Of a DNA stretch of 63,865 bases, positions 34,849-47,356 are shown one piece after another. Under the pieces are notes generated by a model. That model saw only the letters and a list, made by a program, of their open reading frames with translations. It did no database searches and was not told where the DNA came from. Each line of letters begins with the position of its first letter. Position 1 is the stretch's first letter. The DNA lies in NCBI RefSeq assembly GCF_000002075.1, contig NW_004797343.1, positions 2,744 to 66,608 on the forward strand. Reading direction: 5' to 3'. This DNA is from Aplysia californica (lineage: Eukaryota). Both the position numbers and the translations under genes were made by a program.

Positions 34849-36577
34849 CCCCTTCCTCTGCTGTACTAACCACCATATTTTTCTATTGTTGAAAGATAAC
34901 GGGCACAGCGCACTGGAAGTGGAATTTTAGTTGCCACTGGGGGGTTCCCCGCCGAGCACCTTATCACGTCAGGGTCACGGGGGTCAGCTCCCTGTCGCCA
35001 TTCTGTCTGGGCTGACTTAATTTTTGTGGCACTTTTTAACGTACAGTTTTAGGTGTATCCTTGTATTTATGATAATTATCATTTAATGCACCCAAAGCAC
35101 GCATTTCTGCTCTTGAGACTCAAAAAAGAACGGACATTGTAACTTGTCTGGTTATTTCGCTAGATGCGCTGAAATCGGCAATGCTAAATTGTATTTAAAA
35201 AATTGACAAATGTGAATGGAAAAGAAAATCAATATTAAAAAAAGGCACGACAAAAACTCAAAACTTTTGGAACATGAACGACATAACATTGGTGCAGATA
35301 CTCAGAAAAGATAGTATCTGTGCATATAATAAAAAGCTGTAATTTTGCAACTATATCCATCTGGCACACAGTTTGCTGTGAAGTAATTCTTCTAAGTACA
35401 ACTTTATGTGTCTAATAAAATCGTGAATGTTCACATATTTTCTCAAAAGTTTATAAAAATTACCCTGTAGTCTCTCTATGAAGTAATACAAATCGATTTT
35501 AGTGCCAGAATATATATATATATATCTCTACAATGCAATACACGAACAGTATCTCCAGAAATTCCTTACTTTTCTTAAAACGCTAAGTCTAGGTTTTGTA
35601 AGTTGACTGAATAACAGGGATGACTTCTCGTAATGAGTTATAAGAATAATTTCTAGCTTTCCTGTGACACTGAATCAGCACCAGACTTTTCCTGCCTTTA
35701 TTTTCGTTTCTATGTCCATTTGCAATAACAGACAATGTTCTGATTTCTTTACTCATAAGTGTCCGCGCATAATTCCAACACAAACACTAAGAATGAATGT
35801 GTTGGCTGTCATTATTTTTATTCCATACAAGAAGTTCATCTGTACCCACATATTTACACAGTTTTGTGTTTTTTAAAAATCGCACATGTGACAATAACTT
35901 TCTTAATTGTATGCAGGCTGCCGCAGATACAGCATGATTCATGAATAACTTTCTCTTGTTTAATGGTAAAACAAGAGCTAACGCTGAATGTCCTTAGTTT
36001 AAAATATGCAGATGTGCATATTTCTTCTCTTATAACTTGACTATTACTACTTGTGCAGATTTAAGATTTCTCATGGTAAAAGACATGATATTTGTAACAC
36101 AGATTTTGGAGAGATCTGTCGGGCTGTTTTTAAATAAACAATCATTTATTCACAAATATGTAACTAAAATAGGACAAATTGGGTACCCTACATACACTTT
36201 TCTAGAACAAAAACTAAGGTTCTAGAAAGTAACCATTCTAACACAGAATAAATCTCAAGACATTGAGCTTTTAGTACATCATTGTAATGGTTTGCTGTGT
36301 GGGATGGGGAAGAAGTTATATCGTTTCAAACTTGGACAAAAATGCGAACTTTTTAAACGACACCAGCAAGGTAGCTTCAGGGCTCATTAACCGCGTGACC
36401 CTGAGCCCTGGAGCTCCGGCGGGCTGCTGAGTCACGCTAACTTAAAGTAACAGAATCTGTCGAAAAGTGACGCCATGCGGGATAAGACATCATTCTGTTG
36501 TCCTTTGGAAAGATACTGTACCATATTTACCTGTGCTGACCCAGCTAGAAATGGATGCTTTTTAGAGAGGAAATATG
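34849..36577. mobile_element. Probable degraded TTAA-flanked (piggyBac-like) element
   Basis: TTAA-ccccttcctct ... agaggaaatatg-TTAA imperfect TIRs; AT-rich core with GC-rich subtermini. Confidence 0.45.
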
Positions 36578-37265
36578 TTAATTACAGTAGTGTGCAAATA
36601 ACAGAGCTACACATCCTCCTGGGGACGGATTGTAGTGATGGTAAATAATCATGTAACTTTTTAACCCTTTTCTGGAAGGTTTTGTCACTTATTTTTAGTA
36701 ATTACACTGTGCCCTCCTTCAGTATAACCCCTCATGTCTGAGTCCATCACAACAATAGCATCCTGTTGTTTCATTTTCTTGTGCAAACACAGGACTGCCC
36801 ATCATTACAAATTTGGTAGAATCCTTTTAGTAAAAACATTAATTGCGCCAAAGCCAGAGTAAGACAAACAATAATATTTGACACGATGTTGAAAAATTCC
36901 TGTGATTGGGGTTGTGAGTGACCACCAAGGCCACTGAGAGAAACACCTCTCCCCCCCCCCAAAAAAAAAACAAACAACCAAAACAACAAACAAACAAAAT
37001 AAAAAAGTAAAAGAGTGGATAATTGTTGAAATAATAATAATTAACTGAAGTATGTGGCAGATTATAGTGATGCACAGTCAGGATCAAATATTTGTATAGC
37101 TTCTTGCTGGATTCTTTTTTTTTCCCCCCAAGAGCTAAACTAACAGCCAATAAGTTCCCCCTCAAATTACTATGTCTGAAAGTACAACGGGCACCATTGG
37201 ATGCCACTAGAATCGGTAGTATGTGCTGCTTTTTATTCTAATTTTTTTTTCTTCTCCCCAACCAG

Positions 37266-37488
37266 AAACGAGTGGAAACTCCGCCACGTGCCACCTCTGT
37301 GTCAGAGGGACAAAAGTCGTCGTCATCCAGCAGCGGCAGCAGTAGCAATCTCCCCAGCAGTAGTGGTGGTGCCGGCCCTCCTCACAACATCAGCAGCAGT
37401 GCCTATGCTGAGCGACATACACCGCGGCCATTTGCCGACACTCCAGCTCTTAGACAGCTGCATGAGTATGCACGCCCTCATGTGCTGG
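37266..37488 (+). CDS. RERE: Atrophin exon with Atro box (DTPALRQLHEYARPHVL)
   Basis: Pyrimidine tract + cag, G|GTAAGA; ALxxLxxY motif. Confidence 0.95.
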
Positions 37489-37587
37489 GTAAGATATCAC
37501 GTGTGTGTGCGAATGGCATGTAGAGGGGGCGTGGGTTTATGGTGTAATGACAGGACATGGTCTCAAGTGACATGTCATCCCCTCTCA

Positions 37588-37742
37588 CTCGGCTGGTTGA
37601 CGGTTGCTCATCTCTTATCAAACAACTATCATCTCTATCTCTCTTTTTATGTGTTTGTTATTCTCCTGTGACACCTCGATTCTTCGGCACTTATATGACC
37701 TAGTTGTGTTGCAAGTGCCGTAAAACGCTTACTAAAACAATA
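37588..37742 (+). mobile_element. Family B retroposon with probable 8-bp TSD ccctctca
   Basis: Homology to 9919-10099; ccctctca at 37580-37587 and 37743-37750. Confidence 0.65.
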
Positions 37743-38464
37743 CCCTCTCATGCTCATGCTTTTTATTTTCCCATTTGTACATCGAGTGTTTCTACATCAG
37801 GGATTTTTTGTTGTGGTTTGCTCCTTCTGCATCTTTTTGTGTTGTTTTTGTTTGTCATAGTCTATTCCTAGAGAAATATGATGGTTTTCACACTGATTCA
37901 TTAAACATGTTCTGTTGCTGGGTTTGTGTTGATGTTCTTGCTTCAAATTTTCTACGCAAAATGTCTTGATATTTTTTGTTATTTAACTCTCATCAGTTGG
38001 ATCTAGTATTAATTTAAATGATTTCCCTGAACTTCCAGAATGAAATCTGTGCTGCCATTCGAAATTTTTTGTAAGTTTCTGTATCGCTGACAAATTTGGA
38101 TCTAGATCTATTGGCAACATTGTCAAGGCGGATAGTGCGATTGAGAAGGAGGTGTGTTGTAGAAGGATTTGAATGCAGCACTCTTGACTGGAAAGTGACT
38201 CAGATTTTACATCTAAAATCGTCGGGGATACAATTCACTGCCACTAGGGGGGGAAAAAGTTGAATTTTGAATTCTCTCAAAGTCTATTATTAGCTTGATC
38301 AGTTTTATAAATATGGATATGGAAGACTAGACAGAAATGTGTATTTAATTATAGCCGAGGTGAAAAGGATATGCTAAAGTAGTAGTGATGTTGTAAGGAA
38401 GTGACTGTACTACATCCTGAAAGTTTTATTTCAACACAAAATGTCTTGGTGCCCAACCACACAG

Positions 38465-38716
38465 GCCAGGATATCCCCCGTGGACCCTACACTTTGGCAG
38501 GCTTGCCCCACCACCCGCAGATGGACCCCTTGATGAGCTACCGTCTGGGCATGTACCCACCGGGCTCCCGCGAGCGTCTGGAGATGGAGCTGGAGCGGGA
38601 TAAACGAGAGCGAGATGCCCGTGAGAGAGACATGAGAGAGAGAGAACTAAGGGAGTTGGAGCTACGGGAGAAAATGAAGGCCGACTTTGAGCTCAAACCC
38701 GGTATGATGAAGCCAG
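38465..38716 (+). CDS. RERE: Atrophin RE-repeat exon (RERLEMELERDKRERDARERDMRERELRELELREKMK); donor after 38701 or 38716
   Basis: acag acceptor, phase 1; two in-phase donors, G|GTATGA and CAG|GTGAGA. Confidence 0.9.
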
Positions 38717-39629
38717 GTGAGAAGTAAAAGTTTTCTTTTCTTTGTAAAAAATTGTTTTTTGTCTGCTTCCACTACAAAGTAGATTACTGAACCCCACAAG
38801 TGTGTGGTATCTCGTAGTTGTTGCAAGAAAAATAATGGGGGGGGGGGGGGGGGGGGCTTGTTACTCCTTTATCTCTGAACTAAATGGCAAGACTACCAAA
38901 GTGTAGAAAGTATATATTCATGGTGAAAACAGTTTGGTTTCTTTCTCTTTTTATTTCTCTACTCCAAATTGAATAGTGATGTAGTGGGTTGTATGCAGTT
39001 GAACCTGTCAAAGACAATCACCTGTACAAACAGCCTCTTTCCACTTCACTTTTGCTTTATTTCGATATTGAAATGACTCTGTCAAAGATGTTCACCTAAG
39101 ACAGCTTTCCCCTAGCTGGATGGTCTTTTTGAATAATTTTGGCCGTATATTGTCGCTGTTGCAAGAAGGATTAGTTGTTTTTTAAATTTTGTGTCATGTT
39201 AAGTAAAAGTATAGTGCACATCTTTCCTGTTTCGAACAAATTGAGTTACACTTGCTTTAGAGAGTGACCAAAAGTAACCTTCATCAGGTTATTATGATCT
39301 GTTGTTTGAGTCAGTTTGCTGATGCTGGAAGTGGTGTTGATCTCTCCAACCACTGTTGATGAAGTAGTCTCTTTTTTTGCCCTGCATGCTCAAAACAGAA
39401 GTTCAGTCCCATATGAGGAAAACATTTATTAAAAATCTCATTCAAGATAGGACATGCAAGTTCAAAGCAGCCCACCTCATGAACAAATTAATGGTGTAGA
39501 TAGAGACATAACTCACTTACAATATTGATATTGGGGATGGAAGCAGCCCACCTCCTAATTGATTTGACTTGTGGCCATATTAGTGTAAAACTGACAATGT
39601 TTGGGTTTTTCCCCCTCTGCGCTCCCCAG

Positions 39630-39851
39630 GTCTAGAGCGCCTCCTGCCCCCTGGAGCAGCCACACAGCTGACAGACCCGAGCTGGCTGGATATCCAGAGA
39701 CGCATGGGCTTCCCTCCCACGGCCGGCGGCCCCCTAGTGCCTGGTGGGCCCTCTGTCAGTGCCGCGGGCTCCCACTTGCCGGGTGTGTATCCTCCTGTCA
39801 GCTTAGCTAGCGATCTGGTCGCCAGGGAGAGAGAAAAACTGGAGAGATATG
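39630..39851 (+). CDS. RERE: Atrophin exon (GLERLLPPG...SLASDLVAREREKLERY)
   Basis: ccccag acceptor, G|GTGAGG, 222 nt, phase 1-1, open. Confidence 0.9.
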
Positions 39852-41076
39852 GTGAGGAGCAAGCCCTTCCTTTCTTGCCCTCTCTTGCCTCCCTCCATGT
39901 CTGTGTGAGAGGGTGGGGTGGTGTTGATGTTTCTCTCACTTACTGTCGGTGCGCGCATGCATGAGTGTGTGCGTTAGGGGGCAGACTTATTTTTCTCTTG
40001 CCTCCTGTGTGTGTGTCTGTGTGTTTTAGGTGGTGGCTTTATTTCTCTTTTGCCTCCTATATGTATGTGAGGGAGTGTGTCGGTGTTTGTGAGTGAGACT
40101 GATACTGGTCTTGTTTCTCTCTTGCTGCTCCTGCTATGAACTCACCTCCATTACTGATCTGGGAAAACCAAGTACATTCCGTCATTGTTAGGCTTCTTCA
40201 AATGGTTGTGCAAATATTGCCCTTTTATATTCAACATGCAATAGTGTTGTTCCTATCGTAGGTTAGATACTGCAAAGAGCATGAATGAAGTAAACACTCC
40301 GAAGCAGGCAAATGTTTTCATGGATATTTTGGGCAAAGTTGCTTATGCAAAATTATTAACTACTTTGAATTTAAAAGTTGCGAAAATCAGCTTTCAAACC
40401 AATCGAAATATGGGGGGGGGTTAAATGGAACTTTAAAACTTTTCATGAGACGTTAAGGATATTCGGTCTAAAACTTGTAGTGTTCCCATCTGTCTGTTGA
40501 CAGGGCTATTATCTGTGTTTGCAGTAAGATCTGTTGTAGTGAGAGAGTGTGGGTGGGTGGGTGTGGTTGTGTATGCACTATGTGTGGTTGCTTGAAAGGG
40601 CCAGCTCTTACGTATCTGCTGTGTTGCTGTTGTTGTAGCTATGTGTTTGTTGTCACACTGACTCACTGTTTACAAGAGTCAATGGCCTGTGGTCTCCAGC
40701 ATTACGATGCTATAGTGTGACTCCTGTTAACCGCACTATCTAATAAATGTACTCTTATGCTGATAGACTCGCTCTTGTTCTTCTCTCTCTCTTTATCCTA
40801 AATCTTGGGAATGTTGCAAGGTTTGTGAATTTGACTTCCAAAACCCTGCACATATGCTTTTCACTACAGTGGTTGGAGGGTGCCAGTGCCACTGGTAGGT
40901 CTCACTTCTTTTCTTTCCATTTTTAAAATTCTGTCTACCTTGCTTTTTTCCCCAGTGCTAAATGGCCGTTATTGTATTTATGTGCTGTTCCTTACTTCAA
41001 CTCAAACTAAACTTTCCACTACACGAGGTCTGCAAGTCTTTTCCAACTCCTTCAACTATACTTTCCCCTACACTAG

Positions 41077-41457
41077 GTTTGGCAGCCAGCTTTCCCCAAC
41101 TAGCGGCCGACATGTCGTATGCCAGCGCCGTTGAGCGTCTATCAGCGGAGCGCCAGGCAGCAGAGAGGCATGCGGCGGAGCGAGAGCGGGATCGGGATCG
41201 TTTGGCCGCCCTGGCTAACGACCCGGTGGCCAGGCTACAGCTGGCCGGGGCAGCGGCGGCAGCCACGCAGCACGCACACACACACACACACGCACACTCG
41301 CACACACACCTACACCTACACCAGCAGGAGGTGGCCCATGCCCAAGCTGTAGCCCACGCCCAGGCCCACGGCCTGGCCCCGCCGGCCTTCCCCCACCCAC
41401 TGGCCGCCCACGCTCAGCACCTGTACCCTCACCACCCTCTGGCTGCGGGCGGACCAG
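41077..41457 (+). CDS. RERE: Atrophin exon with [15 protein letters not shown] and HX repeat ([19 protein letters not shown])
   Basis: ctag acceptor, CAG|GTATAG; matches RERE ERLAAER..DPLARLQM..HSHIHSHLHLHQQ. Confidence 0.95.
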
Positions 41458-42693
41458 GTATAGTAGGGCGAATCCACTTACACTGCAGTGCCGTCTGCTG
41501 GTGTGATGTCTCACAGGAGAAACGTGGAGTGTGGACTGCGAAATAAGAGCAGGCAACCAAACGTATATTCCGGTACTTATAAATGACCTTGTAGGTTGAG
41601 GAAGTCTACATTCAAACAGCCCCCTTCCCAGATCTGACAAATTCAGAGAAGAAACAACACGTGCAGATCTCGACAATTGTATGTTTTCAATTAGAGAGTG
41701 CATAGAAGTTGTCCTCTCGCTGTAAGTACAGCGCGTGTACACTTACTTTTGACGACAAAACTTGGGGTTGGATTATTGAAATTGTTGTGCACCAGCTGAC
41801 TTTGTTTTTTGCAGCTCTACTTTTCTTTGCAAGGTGATGATGGTTTTCTTTCTTGGAATGGTCAGAAGAACTGAGTTGTACATTTTTGTGAGAAGTCTTG
41901 AGCAGTTATCAGTTTCTTTCTGCATGTCGTCTTTTGGGTGAAATTTGGTAAAGTTTCTGGTTTGTTTCTGGCCTGTGTAGGTTGAGATCATGAGCTGTTG
42001 GAAGATTCTGAAAGGTTTTAGAGATGCTTAGCTTTCAAGTAACTAGGTGGCTCCAATGTGTCTTTGAGTGTTGAGGGCTACTATGGTTGGTCTGGCCATT
42101 TTCTGTCTTCTCTCGACCATCTCTGGATGTAATGTCTATGATGATGATGTTGATTTCTTGTTTCTTTCTTGAAGTACACGTGAGGCTTTCAGACATATGG
42201 CTTGTGACCCTGATTTGTGCAGAATACGTGTTTTTGTTTCCAAGTGGTCATCTTTTGGTTATGGACATGGAAGTCTTTGACTACAATTATCAATTCTGTT
42301 GGTTAAGGAGGGTAATAGTTTCGCCAAATTCCTGTTGTAGGTCCTGCGTCCCTCCCTCCATCCTTTTCATTTGTTCCCTCCCTCCTCCCCCTCCCATGGT
42401 GTGCTGGCCCTGTGTGTTGCTTTGACTACTGTGTCATCTTTTACGCTGACTCATGCCCTCACTGCTCCTCTCACATTACTTCACGGGTGGTAGCTGGAGG
42501 GCACCTCTAGTAGGTCTTACTCCTTGTCTTTCCTCTCTCTGTTGTTTGTGTGTGTGTGTGTGTGTGTGATGTCTGGCTTTTCCTCCTGCCCTCCCTGCAG
42601 TACAGGGTGGTCCTGGTGTGTCCATGTGCCTCTCCCTCCCCCTCGTGTGTGAACTCAAAGACTGAACCCAAACCCCCCACCTTGTCATTGCAG

Positions 42694-42909
42694 ATGGTGG
42701 TGCAGCGCCCGGGGCTGGGAGCGCCCCTGCTGGCAGTAGCCTGGGCTCTGAGCACCTGACCAGCCGACTGGTCTACCAATATTACTCTCAACGCCTCTCT
42801 AGCGAACAGCATATATTTATGCAGAGAGTCGTCAACGAGTGCTACCTCCGCACAAAACCGGAGACTCGGCCAATCATAGATCCCAACCATTTGATCTATC
42901 AGTTCTCTC
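42694..42909 (+). CDS. Candidate alternative cassette (or alternative terminal) exon of Atrophin
   Basis: ttgcag acceptor, C|GTAAGT donor, 216 nt, phase 1-1, stop-free in the required frame. Confidence 0.6.
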
Positions 42910-45449
42910 GTAAGTGAAGAACTTGCTATCACAATTCCAAAATGGCTGTGTCCGTTCTCTCCCTCTCCCACCCCCCTCCCCCCACCAATGCTCGCTGTTT
43001 GTGCGACCCTCATTAGATTTCTCCCCTCTTCCCGACAGATGTATCTGATTCGTATCCACTTGCGTCAGTTTGTGTGAAATTCTGTTCATTTTTGTTTTTT
43101 TCTTTTGCTGCTTCTGATTTCAGTTTCAAGTCCTGCTTTTTTGTAACTGAGTTTCTTGAATGACTAGAAGTGTAGCCCTATTGCTGTGTTGTGGATTTCG
43201 TTGTATCACTTTTTGTTTTTTCGTAGATATTTAGTGCTTTGTATTGTTCCAAAAATTGCTTTGATATCCTTTTCTTCATTTTGCACTGACCTTGCCTTAT
43301 TTAATTCTGTCTGCACCAATTCTTAGACATGATTCACTCACACTCAGACCTGGCTCACTCACTTTCCTCTCTTTTTTTGTTGCAAAAGCTTCCTTTTTTA
43401 TGTTCTGCATTTATTTGTATATTCCTAAAGGGTCATCAAAATTGATTTTAGTTTCCCTTTTCTTTTTCCTTGGACATCTAAGACAAGTGTTCTGGTGTGG
43501 TCTGCCTATTCTACTTCTTTCCAGTTTTGCGATTGTTCTGATCTGTTCCTGGTGAAATGTGGTTTTTATTGAGCCAAAAGTTAAGGTTAGTTTCTACTAC
43601 GATCAATAGGTGGAAATCTGTGAAAAATATATGTACATAGCTGAGGAAAAGGTTTAAGGAGGAAGACGTCTTTCACATTGATGTGATGATTGGAATGACT
43701 GTGGTAGCAGTTTGTTAAAGTCTGTGTTAAGTCCTTTATGAGTGGATTCTCCTGTGCTATCCAAGTCCTATTTACACTGAGTGCCCATAGATCTGTTGGT
43801 TTTGTGCTGGATGTTAATGCGGTTGTCCTGTGTTCAAGTCGGTTTGGTAGCTTTTTTTAACTTGTGGTGTTGGGAAGTTTCCATTACTCTCCATCACTCA
43901 GATCAGTTTTCTAGGAGATAGAACTTCCTGCCTCTTGAATTACCTTGAAAGAGGCATTGAGACTACACCATACTGTACATTCTTGTTTTTATCTTTGTCA
44001 CTTCGCAGTACTTTGGGAGATATTTATCATCCAACTGTGAGATGGAGGAGGGACTTCTACCTTCCTCCATGGTATCTGCATGTGAGTTTGTGGCCTTATA
44101 ATATGCCATGCCTGATTCATGTGTGGTTACCAGTGTGTAGTCACTGCTGTTTTCCATACAGAAGCGTTGAGAGAAATAGAGGTGCAAATACATTTGTACA
44201 CACAAGATGCAGACTTTTAAAAGCGGAAGTTGTCTGGTTGGAAACTTAAACATTCTCTTCTATTCCTGTTATTTGTAGAGGGAATGAATGGCGACAGTTC
44301 TGAAGTCATGGGCTGATAACCTCAAATTGAAGCTTGAGGAAGGGACTGAATTAATGTTTATCCGAACTGGGGGAAACCAATACTTGCTGATTGCAAAATT
44401 TATAGTTAAATTTTTCTTGCCATTTTCCATAGTGAGATGATGGATTCCCATTGGTTGGGAAGTGTACTGTTGCCCCACACACTCCACGGTTCTCTGTGAT
44501 TTGATGTTGTGCTTATGGTTTTGTTTTGGATTTCATTTTTAAAAAAAAAATTTATGCATACCATTTATGAAAATCATTATACCCGGAAGAGGGGAAGGAT
44601 TACATTGTTCCTGTTGTGAGAAAAATAAGCAGCTCAAATGGTTTTTACCCACCTTGTAAAGCAGGCTCCAATGGAGTTACATTTTAGTCTTGCTCCAGTG
44701 ATATGTGAGGCATCAGGCGCTTGTCAAAATAATGAAATTGTAGAAACGGGCATTTTCAGTCAGTTTAGCAATTTTTATTGAAATTTTGTTTTTTGGCTCA
44801 ACTCCTTTTATGTTCTTAGAAAAACACATTTCTGTGTGAATGTTACTGAAAAATGTTGATAAATGGCACAAAATATGTAATTTTTAAGTCTTCACGGACT
44901 CTCAAGCTATTGCAGTTACCAAACTTTGCGGCCATTTTCTCATTAATTTTACCTCTTACACCTGATGACCCCACCTCTTTCAATTGCAGACTTCTGTTTG
45001 AGATAGATGGGTATTTTTTTCATTGAAAGCAAGGCAAATGAATTATTCAGATGATATCATTAACTCCACTTGCCCAAAAATTGACGAGTGCCTGATTCCA
45101 TCGCGTCGTGACACATGAGCTGTGTGACCTTTGTCAAAGATGTGAATTTTTTGGTGAAATCGACAAACATTTCTATAAATGTTGTGTTGGACCACAGCCA
45201 TGATTAGAATTGATGCATTGTTGTTATTTTTCATACTATTGCAATAGTTGTCTGGATTTCTCTTTTTCAGTTGAAAAGAATCTGAAGCCATACTGAATTA
45301 TCATGTTATTTGCAACTTTTTGAATCCCAAAATTATCTTGGTAGTTTGGAAATGAAAATTTCCAGTGAAAAGTTTCAAATAGGTGCATAGTGCGAGTAGG
45401 GTTGATGTGTTAACAGAGAGCGATAAAATCCCCTGACCATCTATTACTG

Positions 45450-45634
45450 CAGGCTTGCCAACTGTCCCAAATTTACCGCGACTGTCGCGGGTTTGGCAGT
45501 CAGGAATTTGAGAGCCTTGTCCCATGCACTACACCAAAATCTGTCCCACTTGATGTAACTTTGTTCAGTTTTACATCATCTGATGTTATAACGTTTGCTT
45601 CCCTGATTGGGTTTTGAAGAAGTTGGCAAGCCTG
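45450..45634. mobile_element. hAT-like MITE
   Basis: 14-bp TIR CAGGCTTGCCAACT...AGTTGGCAAGCCTG; TSD not preserved. Confidence 0.7.
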
Positions 45635-46074
45635 ATGTTGTCGATAAACTCAAGTGTGTGATTTTGTGTGTGTGTGTGTGTTTGGGGGGGCAATTTAAAG
45701 CATGGTTTTTTCTGTTCTGATTGTTGTGAGAGGAGTGAGATTTTTTTATTTCTCACATGCTTTTGGTCTGCAGATGTAGAAGGTAAAGCTAGGTTCAGAT
45801 CACCGATCTACACCTTTGGTTAAATAAACTTGAATTGTTAATGTTAACCCCCCTTATTTCCTTCTCATGGCAGTTAAAATTGGTTCTTACACAGAATGAA
45901 AGAGATAATAGGACAGGGCTATAAAGTAACATTTGAGTATTTTAAACCACACTCTTTTTTTTTTTCTCTTTGATGACCTCACATGTCAGGAACAAGAGTA
46001 TAATAACACTACATGACACTGATGTTTTAGTGTTTGTGTGTATTGGGAAGGGGGTGGGGGTGCTATTTTATTAA

Positions 46075-46281
46075 CCCTATTTGTACGCCTGGAGTCATTT
46101 TGTACCCTAGGGGTTGTATTCTACACATTTTAGAATACTTCTAGTGCGAAGATCTCTTTGAAACTTTCAGTATTTCTCAAAAAATCATTTTGACAGACTG
46201 GTATGCAAAGCGTACAGATCGAATTTATGAGTACATTTTTTTTGTATGGATAGGATAGTAAAACACGACGTACAGATAGGG
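46075..46281. mobile_element. piggyBac-like MITE
   Basis: TTAA-CCCTATTTGTACG...CGTACAGATAGGG-TTAA. Confidence 0.8.
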
Positions 46282-46957
46282 TTAATTAATTACTTTAAGG
46301 GAATAGAAATAGTGACTGAAAGAAAAGTGTGTGAGAACAGGCAGTAGGGCTACAGTGTTTTGTCATGTTCAGCTTTTATAGCTGTGTCCTTTCAGTGACT
46401 GAACAGCTCCTTTACACATGGCTTCATGTTCGGCTTCAGGTCCTTTTCAGTACTTTGTTTAAAATACTAAAATGTGGCTTTATAGCCCTGTACTATCTCA
46501 AGGTGAATGGTAGTTGGATAGTAATATTGTCAGGTAATGGATACAAAGCTTTGATTGGTGGGTGCATTTTCAGGAATTTGTTCAAAATTATATGTCTACA
46601 TGTTATTACTTTGGAAGCATGTAATTTTGTTTTTTTAATGCTATGGGTGTTGAAAGATGCCTATGGATGGCACTGCACTTTTAGATCTGTCTTTTCTGAC
46701 TATATGATGGTTGGTGGTTGCCTTAGTGTGATTTCCTCCTTTATTGTTCCTGTTTTCTTAATCTTATTGTCAACTGGTAATTTGCTGTGCGTCTCTATGA
46801 CTGCGACTTAGGGTGGTCTTAAGGTGCTTCTCATAGTTTTTACTTCATCTCTTTCCATCTATTGTTGCTGTCTATCAGTGTTACTTTTTCCCAGGGTTTA
46901 GTGACTGTTATAGTGTAGGTGTATTTTTTTTTACCCAAATGGAGAAACAAATCTTGA

Positions 46958-47130
46958 GTGGGTTGTTGGTGGGTGCTCTTTCTTGCTTTTTTTTTTTTTC
47001 TCTTTCTTTCCTTACTTAATGTGTATCGTCTTTTCTTTGTGTGTTGCTCTGTAGTAACGTCTCGACACTTACATTACATATTTGTGTTGCAAGTGCCGTA
47101 AAACTCTAACAAAAACAAAACAAAACAAAT
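46958..47130 (+). mobile_element. Family B retroposon, ending ~40 nt upstream of exon 47169
   Basis: gtgggttgttggtgggtgctc start; gttgcaagtgccgtaaaac(aaaac)n tail. Confidence 0.6.
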
Positions 47131-47168
47131 GTGAGGGCCCCTCAAAAGCTGTAAACCTCCATCCCCAG

Positions 47169-47356
47169 GAGCTGACCCTCTAGCCGCAGGTCCCGGAGCC
47201 TCTGTCCCAGTGTCCTCCACCAACCCTCTGTCTGTGCTGCCGCCTGGTGTGGCCCACCACCCTCTGCTGGCCGCCGGTGGCGGGAGGGAGGAGCTCTTGT
47301 CCAGAGACCTCTACCAGAGAGGTGGGCCCTTCTTGGACCCAGCGCTGGCTCATCAG
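47169..47356 (+). CDS. RERE: Atrophin penultimate coding exon (GADPLAAGPG...DLYQRGGPFLDPALAHQ)
   Basis: ccccag acceptor, CAG|GTTGGT; DPLAAGP resembles RERE DPLTAGP. Confidence 0.88.
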
